Positions 48,923 to 57,228 of a DNA stretch of 64,000 bases are shown here, piece by piece; position 1 is the stretch's first letter; each line of letters begins with the position of its first letter. Under the pieces are notes generated by a model, which worked only from the letters and a program-made list of their open reading frames with translations, was not told the origin of the DNA and did no database searches. A program made the position numbers and the translations under genes. Origin of the DNA: Oscillospiraceae bacterium (GTDB lineage Bacteria; Bacillota; Clostridia; Oscillospirales; Ruminococcaceae); contig JAGASH010000001.1 of NCBI GenBank assembly GCA_017847835.1, positions 7,270 to 71,269 on the forward strand, in the 5' to 3' direction.

Positions 48923-50818
48923 ATGTATAGAAGCGGAAGAACACTTTCTGCTGTATTTATTGACATCGGGAGTAATGATTTGAAGAGTAGTACAAAGCAC
49001 ATCAAATTCGGCAGAGTTGCGCTGATTGTATCTGCGGCAACGGTACTGCTGGTTATTCTCACCTATTTTGTCCTCGTGTACAACAACGAGAACAACGCTC
49101 GGAGAACGTGCGATGTTATGGCAAATCAGGTTATCGGAATACTTGAGAAAAACAAATCGGCTGAGGAAACGCTTCTCGCGTCGCTCAAGGACGATTACAT
49201 AATCCGCGCGAAAACAGTAGCCTATATGCTTGAACACAATGCTTCTGCGGAGTATGATATAAACGAGCAGAAAAAAATCGCGGAGCTTATGTCAATCGAT
49301 GAAATCCACCTGTTTGATACGACGGGAAAGATTTATTCGGGAACAAGACCGAAATATTATGGTTTCGGCTTTGATTCCGGCGAGCAAATCGGTTATTTCA
49401 AGCCTATGCTGAACGACAAAACCCTGTCGATGTGTCAGGACGTCACACCGAATACCGCCGAGGGCAGAAGTATGATGTATGCGATTACCTGGGACAGCAC
49501 GGGAAGCAAGATGATACAGGTCGGAATTGAGCCGAAAAGACTGCTCCGAGAGCTGAACAAAAACCAGATAAGCAATGTCGTAGACAGTATTCCCATATAC
49601 GAGGATATGAGAATATTCGTGGCGGACGCTCGGACAGGCGAGGTTTTAGGTTCGTCGGACAGCAGAAACGTGAAGACGCTTCGGGATATCGGAATTGATA
49701 TCGAAAGCGCAAAACCGAACGAGGTTTCTCACTTTAAAGTCGTTAATAACGGGCTTATGAACGAGTGTTCTCTTGCTTTTGACGACGAGTACGCTGTCTG
49801 CGTTGTACAGGTAAACACCGCGGCAAAGCGCGAAACGATGTTTTCTATGCTTATTGTGGTGACTTGCCTTGCAATTGCCGCAGGAGTGCTTCTTATCGTC
49901 ATAAACCGTATCCTTATCATAAAAAAAGAGCAGATGGAGCAGCTTAATATTCTCACCTCAATGGCGGGAATTTATTACAGTATGCACCTGCTTGATATCA
50001 AAAAGAATACGATTGTTGAATATTCCGCGCGAAATCAAGTCAAGGAGATTGTGGAGAAAAACCGAAAATCAGACGCTGCCGAGGTTGTTCACGAGGTTAT
50101 GAAAGCTACGATGTCCGAGCAGTATCTTGAACAGGGACTTGAATTTTCGGAGCTTACAACGCTTGCCCAAAGACTTCGCGGAAGAAAGGTTATTTTCAAG
50201 GACTTACTCGGAAAGAATGTCGGCTGGATTAGAATGTCGTTTGTTTCGATAACCGCAGACGCCGAGGGTTTCCCCGAAAAGGTTATCTGTACAACGCAGA
50301 TTATCGACGACGAAAAGCGCCGCGAGGAACGTCTGATACGCGAGTCCACGACAGACAGACTTACTCACTGCTATAACCGCAGAGCCTATGAAAATGATAT
50401 TCGCAGTTTCTCGGATAAGCTGAGCGATGATTTCGTGTTTGTTTCGATTGACGTAAACGGTCTGAAAATGGTGAACGACACAATGGGTCACGCTGCGGGA
50501 GATGAACTTCTTTCGGGCGCTGCAAAATGTATGCGGCGCTGCTTTGAGGACGTCGGAAAGGTCTATCGCACGGGCGGAGATGAATTTGCGATTATTCTCT
50601 TTGCCGATGACGAAAAGCTCGCTGAGCTAAGGCAAGCGTTTGATAAAGCGATAAACGAGTGGTCGGGAGAAACCGTGAAGAGCCTGTCGGTGTCCTGCGG
50701 ATATGTAATGGCAAAGGAATATCCCGATTTCAGCGCAGTGGAAATCGCAAAACTTGCCGATGTGCGAATGTACGAGGCAAAAGCAGAGCATTACAGCAAA
50801 ATGCCGAGCAATGAATAA
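48923..50818 (+). CDS. Membrane diguanylate cyclase (probable start TTG 48980)
   Basis: Two TMs flanking a sensor domain; DRLTHCYNR, IDVNGLKMVND, RTGGDEF. Confidence 0.92.
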   Translation: MYRSGRTLSAVFIDIGSNDLKSSTKHIKFGRVALIVSAATVLLVILTYFVLVYNNENNARRTCDVMANQVIGILEKNKSAEETLLASLKDDYIIRAKTVAYMLEHNASAEYDINEQKKIAELMSIDEIHLFDTTGKIYSGTRPKYYGFGFDSGEQIGYFKPMLNDKTLSMCQDVTPNTAEGRSMMYAITWDSTGSKMIQVGIEPKRLLRELNKNQISNVVDSIPIYEDMRIFVADARTGEVLGSSDSRNVKTLRDIGIDIESAKPNEVSHFKVVNNGLMNECSLAFDDEYAVCVVQVNTAAKRETMFSMLIVVTCLAIAAGVLLIVINRILIIKKEQMEQLNILTSMAGIYYSMHLLDIKKNTIVEYSARNQVKEIVEKNRKSDAAEVVHEVMKATMSEQYLEQGLEFSELTTLAQRLRGRKVIFKDLLGKNVGWIRMSFVSITADAEGFPEKVICTTQIIDDEKRREERLIRESTTDRLTHCYNRRAYENDIRSFSDKLSDDFVFVSIDVNGLKMVNDTMGHAAGDELLSGAAKCMRRCFEDVGKVYRTGGDEFAIILFADDEKLAELRQAFDKAINEWSGETVKSLSVSCGYVMAKEYPDFSAVEIAKLADVRMYEAKAEHYSKMPSNE

Positions 50819-50957
50819 AATTACAGCGGACTGTGCCGACAGCCCGCTGTTTTCTGCAAAAAACGGTATTTTTATGGAATGATACAGTTTTCTGCGTCAA
50901 ATTATACAAAACAGGCAAACAGAGTTGAAATATTATTGTGCGATAATTTTGATAAAA

Positions 50958-50990
50958 CCTATTGACAATATAGGAAAAGTGTGATATAAT
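50958..50990 (+). promoter_or_regulatory. metNIQ promoter with CCTAT-N7-ATAGG operator over the -35
   Basis: cctattgacaatatagg at 50958-50974; TTGACA 50962-17-TATAAT 50985. Confidence 0.78.
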
Positions 50991-51022
50991 ACAAACATAA
51001 TCAAACGAAAGGAGCAGACGGT

Positions 51023-51079
51023 ATGAAAATGATGTGTATGATGAAAAAATTGAATATTCTTGCCGTGTGCTGCGGATAA
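51023..51079 (+). CDS. Met/Cys-rich leader peptide MKMMCMMKKLNILAVCCG
   Basis: AAAGGAG RBS; 5 Met and 3 Cys in 18 codons, directly upstream of the terminator and metN. Confidence 0.8.
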   Translation: MKMMCMMKKLNILAVCCG

Positions 51080-51098
51080 ATTCCTTTAAGGATAATTC

Positions 51099-51134
51099 TG
51101 ACAGGCATTGCAAGGTGCTTGTCATTTTTTATTT
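51099..51134 (+). terminator. Attenuator terminator upstream of metN
   Basis: tgacaggcat-loop-gtgcttgtca followed by ttttttattt. Confidence 0.75.
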
Positions 51135-51148
51135 CGGGAGGAAAAAAC

Positions 51149-52126
51149 GTGATTGAACTGAAAAATTTAAGCAAGACCTATCCTAACGGAGTGACCGCTC
51201 TGAATGATATCAACATCACCATAAACGACGGCGAAATCTTCGGGATAATCGGTCTTTCGGGAGCTGGCAAAAGCACGCTTATCCGATGTATAAACTACCT
51301 TGAAAAACCCACCTCGGGAGATGTAATCATAGACGGGCAAAACCTCGGCGAGCTCTCGAAAAAAGAGCTTCTCAAAACGCGTCAGAATATCGGAATGATT
51401 TTTCAGGGGTTTAATTTGCTGTCCCAGCGAAACGTCATCGGAAACATCTGTTATCCGCTTGAAATCGCGGGCGTGAAAAAAGTCGACGCAATAAAACGCG
51501 CTGAGGAGCTGCTGGAGCTTGTCGGGCTTACCGACAAAGCAAAAGCGTATCCGTCGCAGCTTTCGGGCGGTCAGAAGCAGAGAGTTGCCATAGCGAGAGC
51601 GCTTGCGGCAAAGACGAGCTATCTGCTCTGCGACGAAGCAACGAGCGCGCTCGACCCCGACACGACAAGCTCAATTCTGGAGCTTATGCGTAAAATCAAC
51701 AAAACGCTCGGCGTCACGATTGTCGTGATAACGCACGAGATGAAGGTTATCGACAAAATCTGCGACAGGGTTGCGGTTCTCGACCAAAGCACGGTTGCGG
51801 AAATCGGAAACGTCCGCGATGTTTTCACGACACCGAAATCGGCGATTGCGAAAAAGCTGGTTCTTCCCGAAGCGAAGGCTGTCGAGGAGATTACAGGCGG
51901 GAAGAAAATCAGAATTGTGTTTAACGGGGAGAATTCCTTCAAGCCCGTAATCGCAAATCTCGTGCTGGAATGCGGAGTTCCCGTGAACATTCTGCACGCT
52001 GATACAAAGGATATCGACGGAAAGGCTTTCGGGCAGATTTTGCTCGGGCTTCCCGACGACGACAGAAGCGCAGAGAGAATACGCGCTTATCTGAACTCAA
52101 ACGAGATAAGCTATTCGGAAATCTGA
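51149..52126 (+). CDS. metN: Methionine ABC transporter ATPase
   Basis: GLSGAGKST, LSGGQKQRVAIARA, CDEATSALDP, C-terminal NIL domain; GTG start. Confidence 0.95.
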   Translation: MIELKNLSKTYPNGVTALNDINITINDGEIFGIIGLSGAGKSTLIRCINYLEKPTSGDVIIDGQNLGELSKKELLKTRQNIGMIFQGFNLLSQRNVIGNICYPLEIAGVKKVDAIKRAEELLELVGLTDKAKAYPSQLSGGQKQRVAIARALAAKTSYLLCDEATSALDPDTTSSILELMRKINKTLGVTIVVITHEMKVIDKICDRVAVLDQSTVAEIGNVRDVFTTPKSAIAKKLVLPEAKAVEEITGGKKIRIVFNGENSFKPVIANLVLECGVPVNILHADTKDIDGKAFGQILLGLPDDDRSAERIRAYLNSNEISYSEI

Positions 52127-52143
52127 GGAAAGGAAGATGAAAA

Positions 52144-52821
52144 ATGAACGGCGACCTGCTTTCACAGCTTATCGACAAGGGCATTTTGCAGCTTGGTGTA
52201 TGGGAAACCATTTATCTTACCTTTATTTCCGCGTTTTTCGCGTATCTTTTCGGACTTCCGCTGGGAATTCTGCTGAGCGTCACGGATAAAGGCGGGATAA
52301 GACCGATACCGTGGCTGAACAAAATTCTCGGCTTTATCGTCAACATTTTCCGCAGTATTCCGTTTGTGATTTTGATGATTGCGGTACTTCCCGCGGCAAA
52401 GCTTATCGTGGGAACGGCACTCGGAAACAAGGCGGCTATTGTGACGCTGATAATTGCGGCTGTTCCTTATGTCGCGCGAATGGTTGAAAGCTCGATAAAA
52501 GAGGTTGACAGCGGCGTTATCGAGGCGGCTCAGGCAATGGGCACGTCCTCGTTCAAAATCGTATTTAAGGTGCTTATTCCCGAGGCAAAGCCCTCGCTGC
52601 TTGTAGGCTCGGTTATTTCGCTGGTAACCATTCTCGGCTACTCGGCAATGGCTGGAACAATCGGCGGCGGAGGACTTGGAATGATTGCCATAAACTTCGG
52701 CTATCAGCGCTTTAATGACAATGTAACCTGGATTTGCGTTCTGCTCACGGTTATAATCGTGCAGATTATTCAGGAAGTCGGAATGCTTATCGCAAGAAAA
52801 ACCGACAAACGCACAAAATAA
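52144..52821 (+). CDS. metI: Methionine ABC transporter permease
   Basis: FRSIPFVILM, EAAQAMG, GGGGLG. Confidence 0.95.
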   Translation: MNGDLLSQLIDKGILQLGVWETIYLTFISAFFAYLFGLPLGILLSVTDKGGIRPIPWLNKILGFIVNIFRSIPFVILMIAVLPAAKLIVGTALGNKAAIVTLIIAAVPYVARMVESSIKEVDSGVIEAAQAMGTSSFKIVFKVLIPEAKPSLLVGSVISLVTILGYSAMAGTIGGGGLGMIAINFGYQRFNDNVTWICVLLTVIIVQIIQEVGMLIARKTDKRTK

Positions 52822-52954
52822 GGAGTGTGAAAAAATGCTTCATTTACTTGAACGGCTTTTGAGAGAGAATTACAGGTTCGGACGAATGCAAAAGTGTTGC
52901 CGATAATCGAACCGAAAATAACAAAATACAATTGAAATTAAGGAGAAATTTATT

Positions 52955-53788
52955 ATGAAAATCAAATCTTTTGCTTCTGCGTTTATCGCAGCAACTCTTT
53001 CTGTTCTTGCGCTTACGGGCTGCAACAATGCTTCAAAACCCGCCGAAAAGACCGTTATTAAGGTTGGCGCGACTTCCACACCGCACGGAGAAATCCTCGA
53101 ATATATCAAGGAGGACCTTGCAGAACAGGGCTATGACCTGCAGATTACCATTTATGACGACTATGTTTTGCCGAACAAGGCTCTTGCTGACGGCGAGCTT
53201 GACGCAAACTACTTCCAGCACACGCCTTACCTCGACAGCTACAACAAATCCAACGGAACCGACCTTGTTTCTGCGGCTTCTATTCACTACGAGCCGTTCG
53301 GACTTTACGGAAACGGTGTTGACAGCGTGAAGAACGTGGCTGCGGGCGCAAGCATTGTCATTCCTGCGGACGACAGCAATGAAACCAGAGCGCTTCTGCT
53401 TCTCGCACAGGAAGGACTTATCACGCTTCCCGAGGGTGCAAACGCGGTTGACGGTGTGACAACGCTCGATATCGTGGACGACCACGGCTTCAAGATTTCC
53501 ACGGTTAAGGCAGACACGGTTGCCGCACAGTTCAACAACAGCGACAAGGGCTCGCTTGCCGTAATCAACGGAAACTACGCTCTTGCAGCGGGACTTAACG
53601 CAAAGGAAGCGCTTGCCGTTGAGGACGCGTCGGGCTCGGCTGCACAGACCTATGCGAACATAATCGCAGTAAGAAAGGGCGAGGAGAGCTCAGACAAGAT
53701 AAACGCGCTTATAAAGGCGCTCAAAACCGACAATGTTAAAAAGTATATCGACGAAACCTATAAAGGTGCGGTAATCGCAATCTTCTAA
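52955..53788 (+). CDS. metQ: Methionine-binding lipoprotein (NlpA family)
   Basis: Lipobox LTGC, DANYFQHTPYL, NETRALLLL, INGNYA. Confidence 0.94.
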   Translation: MKIKSFASAFIAATLSVLALTGCNNASKPAEKTVIKVGATSTPHGEILEYIKEDLAEQGYDLQITIYDDYVLPNKALADGELDANYFQHTPYLDSYNKSNGTDLVSAASIHYEPFGLYGNGVDSVKNVAAGASIVIPADDSNETRALLLLAQEGLITLPEGANAVDGVTTLDIVDDHGFKISTVKADTVAAQFNNSDKGSLAVINGNYALAAGLNAKEALAVEDASGSAAQTYANIIAVRKGEESSDKINALIKALKTDNVKKYIDETYKGAVIAIF

Positions 53789-53909
53789 AGTTTTTCGCTC
53801 TATCACAGCAGAGCCTTCGGAGAAATCCGGAGGCTTTGCTGTTTTTTGCATTTTTTGAAAAAATTTTTATAAAACTATTGACAAATCGAAAAATGCGTGC
53901 TATAATAAC

Positions 53910-53930
53910 TGTACTAGGACGAATAATACA
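53910..53930 (+). promoter_or_regulatory. YtrA/GntR-type operator
   Basis: TGTACTA-N7-TAATACA palindrome just after TTGACA...TATAAT. Confidence 0.6.
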
Positions 53931-53968
53931 GATAATACAAATAAAACAGATTTGAGAGGAGGATAAAA

Positions 53969-54355
53969 TTGCTGAATTTACGGTTTGAAGGTAAAACTCC
54001 GATTTACGAGCAGCTTTTTCGCGGAATAGCGCGGCTTGTGTCGTCGGGGGAGCTTTTGCCGAATGAAAAGCTGCCTGCTGTGCGAGAAGTCGCGAAGCAG
54101 TTCGGGATAAATCCGAACACGGTTCAGAAAGCCTATGCGCAGCTTGAACAGGCAGGGCTGATTTACTCAATTCCCGCGAAAGGGAGCTATGTTTCGGACA
54201 GAAAGGAAACGGCTGCCGCTGTGAAGGAAGAAGCGCTGCGAAATGCCGAAAAATCGCTTTGTGAAGCGTTTTCGGCGGGGGTTGGTTTTGATGAAATAGT
54301 ATTGCTTGCCGAGAGGATAGTAAGCGAGGAAAGGGAAGGTGGAACAGATGATTGA
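53969..54355 (+). CDS. GntR (YtrA subfamily) regulator
   Basis: PIYEQL, LPAVRE, INPNTVQKAY, GSYV. Confidence 0.93.
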   Translation: MLNLRFEGKTPIYEQLFRGIARLVSSGELLPNEKLPAVREVAKQFGINPNTVQKAYAQLEQAGLIYSIPAKGSYVSDRKETAAAVKEEALRNAEKSLCEAFSAGVGFDEIVLLAERIVSEEREGGTDD

Positions 54356-55244
54356 AATCAAGAACGCGGTTATGCAGTTTGACGAGAAAAACGCGCTCGA
54401 CGGGATAACGCTTTCGATACCCGCGGGCTGTGCCTACGGACTGCTCGGCTCAAACGGCGCGGGAAAATCCACGCTTTTGCGTCTGTTGTCGGGTATTTAC
54501 AAGCCTGCTTCGGGAGAGGTACTGATTGACGGAAACGTGGTTTTCGACAACGCGGCGATGAAAGAACGCGTATTTTTCATCAACGATGAAACAGCGCAGT
54601 TCAACAATATGACGCTCACGGATATGAAAAACTATTTCAAGCGGTTTTACGGCACTTTTTCCGAGGAGCTGTGGCAAAAGCTATATTCAACGCTGAATTT
54701 GCCTCTTAAAAAGCGCCTGAGCACGTTTTCAAAGGGAATGAAGCGACAGGCTGTTGTAATCTGCGGAATTGCCTGCAAAACGCCGTATTTGTTCCTAGAC
54801 GAGGCATTTGACGGACTTGACCCGACAATGCGTATTATCGTGAAGCAAATGCTGATTGACGCGATGATGGACACGGGACTTACAGTTATTTTCAGCTCGC
54901 ACAATCTCGGCGAAATCGACGAATTCTGCGACAGAGTGGGGCTGCTCCACGCGGGAAAGGTTGTCTTTGACCGCGAGCTTGACAGCGTAAAAGGCAGCGT
55001 GTTCAAAATCCAGACGGCGTTTGACGCGCCCGTCACCAAAGATAGCTTCGCGGGAATTGACGTTCTGCACACCGAAAACACCGGCAGCATAACTCACCTG
55101 ATTGTCCGCGGAGAGCGCGAAGAAGTTCGCGCGGCGGTTGAAAAGCTCTCACCGAAGTTGTACGATGAAGTTCCGCTTTCGCTTGAGGAGATATTTATTT
55201 ATGAAATGGAGGTGCTCGGATATGACAGCTCAAAGCTCGGTTAA
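54348..55244 (+). CDS. ABC transporter ATP-binding protein
   Basis: GSNGAGKST, FSKGMKRQ, FLDEAFDGLD. Confidence 0.94.
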   Translation: MIEIKNAVMQFDEKNALDGITLSIPAGCAYGLLGSNGAGKSTLLRLLSGIYKPASGEVLIDGNVVFDNAAMKERVFFINDETAQFNNMTLTDMKNYFKRFYGTFSEELWQKLYSTLNLPLKKRLSTFSKGMKRQAVVICGIACKTPYLFLDEAFDGLDPTMRIIVKQMLIDAMMDTGLTVIFSSHNLGEIDEFCDRVGLLHAGKVVFDRELDSVKGSVFKIQTAFDAPVTKDSFAGIDVLHTENTGSITHLIVRGEREEVRAAVEKLSPKLYDEVPLSLEEIFIYEMEVLGYDSSKLG

Positions 55245-57186
55245 TCTGCAAAACAAGCCGTTCTACAAGTTTTTGCCGTATTTTCTCACAAAGCTGCGCT
55301 TCCTGCGCCCGCAGATGATAATGACGGGAATTTTCGCGCTGTTAAGCTATCCGCTGGTTGGTTTTTTCGTGAATATGTGGCTTGACGCGGGTATCAGAGT
55401 TTATGAATTGCGCGCGTCGCAGAATTATGCAGCTTGGGAAATGCAGAATGCGATGAACGCGGCAAATATGGCGCAATCCCTTGCGACAATGAGCATTGTC
55501 ATCGGTTTAATCTGCCTTGTGGGACTGTTCGTTTTCACGTTCGTGACAACGCTTCGCGCGTTCCGTTATCTTTACAACAAAAATGCCGTTGATATGGATT
55601 ACGCGCTCCCCGTTAACCACAACACGCGCTTTTTCGCGGACTTGGCGGCGGTTTTCACGACAAGCATTATCCCTCATTTTATCTCGGTTATAATCGGCGT
55701 GATTTTCACAAACGTGATTTCCGAGAAAGCGAAAGTCTATGTGGGCGCGATGAATATCGAAATAGTTGAAACGCTTACTTCGATTGTCTTGCAGTGTATG
55801 TTCGTGGGACTTTTCGCGTGCTTTATGCAGATTGCTTTCAGCCTGCTTATGATATCGACAAGCGGCAGAAAAGCGGTTGCTGCGGTTTTCCCCGTGCTTA
55901 TAAATATTGCAATTCCGATAATCCACGCGCTTGCGCTTTTCATCACAGAAAACAACACCTACGGCTCAAGTTCCTACGGAGAAACAATTTTTTACCCCGC
56001 CACGGCGACTTCTCCCGTAGGAATGCTGGCAATCTCAGTACTTTTCTGTATAAATTTCCTTGTTGGCGGTCTGTATAGCAACAGCAGCAATCTCATCAAA
56101 CTTGACAGCACTTTACCAATCTGGCGCGTGGATTATCTTGTTTTAGCAATTCTTTTGACGATAATTTTCTTTGTGGGCGCGTATTTCCTGATAAAATTCC
56201 GCAGAAACGAGCGCGTCGGAAACGCGTATGTTTTCAAGGGAATGTCGGTTATCATACCGGGAATTGTGGTTCTGGCGATGTCGCTGCCGATGTGGAATAT
56301 GGTTTTCGCGCCGCTTGCAAAGAGCAGACAAAACAACTCTCAGAACGACGCAATGGCTTGGATTATGGGTCTGCTCATCTCAACGTTTATCGTGTATGTA
56401 ATCCTTGAACTTATCAGCGGAAAAGCGTTCCGCAAATTCCACCTCACCGTGGCAAAATGGGCGGGAAGCGTTGTCGTATGCGCGGGAATAACGGCGGTGT
56501 TTGTGTTCTCAAACGGCTTCGGAAAAGCGGAGTTTGTTCCCGCACCCGATAAGGTTGCTTGCGCGTACGTTTATGTTATGGGGGACTATAATAAATACCC
56601 CGACAAAAACACCTCGTTCAGTATCTACGATACCACGGATAAAGACACAATCACCGAAATAATCGAGCTTCACAAAAAAGTACCGAAATACAAAACAGAG
56701 GACGCCTCGGACTTTGAAATCTCGCTCAGTTATCTTCTCACAAGCGGTGAATTAGTTTCGCGAAACTATCTGATTTCACACGAGCTTTATTCCGAGATTA
56801 TGACGGAGATTGTCACTCCCGAGAATTGGTACGAAGGAAACTTCGGCTCGTTGGAGAGGGCTCTTGATGAAACGGGCGCAGAGGTCGGACAAATTATTCT
56901 TGGTGAAATAAACGACAGCAGCGACCCCAAATACAGCGCCGCAAACGAGGTTTATCTGAAGCCGTCCGAATTTGACGTAAACCGCTTCCTTGAAGCAATC
57001 CGCAAGGACAGCGAGAAGATGAATTTCGAGCTTTATTGGAACAACAGAGAAAAATATGTTTGCACGGCTGAAATTATCATCAGAAACAAAACCACAAAAG
57101 ATAAACACACTTACCACTATTTTGTCGAAGGTTGGATGGAGAACACGATTGCTTTCATCGAAAACTGCGTGACATCGCAAGCATAA
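55222..57186 (+). CDS. ABC transporter permease
   Basis: Multi-TM protein; GGAGGTG RBS at ATG 55222. Confidence 0.8.
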   Translation: MTAQSSVNLQNKPFYKFLPYFLTKLRFLRPQMIMTGIFALLSYPLVGFFVNMWLDAGIRVYELRASQNYAAWEMQNAMNAANMAQSLATMSIVIGLICLVGLFVFTFVTTLRAFRYLYNKNAVDMDYALPVNHNTRFFADLAAVFTTSIIPHFISVIIGVIFTNVISEKAKVYVGAMNIEIVETLTSIVLQCMFVGLFACFMQIAFSLLMISTSGRKAVAAVFPVLINIAIPIIHALALFITENNTYGSSSYGETIFYPATATSPVGMLAISVLFCINFLVGGLYSNSSNLIKLDSTLPIWRVDYLVLAILLTIIFFVGAYFLIKFRRNERVGNAYVFKGMSVIIPGIVVLAMSLPMWNMVFAPLAKSRQNNSQNDAMAWIMGLLISTFIVYVILELISGKAFRKFHLTVAKWAGSVVVCAGITAVFVFSNGFGKAEFVPAPDKVACAYVYVMGDYNKYPDKNTSFSIYDTTDKDTITEIIELHKKVPKYKTEDASDFEISLSYLLTSGELVSRNYLISHELYSEIMTEIVTPENWYEGNFGSLERALDETGAEVGQIILGEINDSSDPKYSAANEVYLKPSEFDVNRFLEAIRKDSEKMNFELYWNNREKYVCTAEIIIRNKTTKDKHTYHYFVEGWMENTIAFIENCVTSQA

Positions 57187-57228
57187 TATACAAAGAGCGG
57201 CTGCCTTAACTGACAGCCGCTTTTCGGT

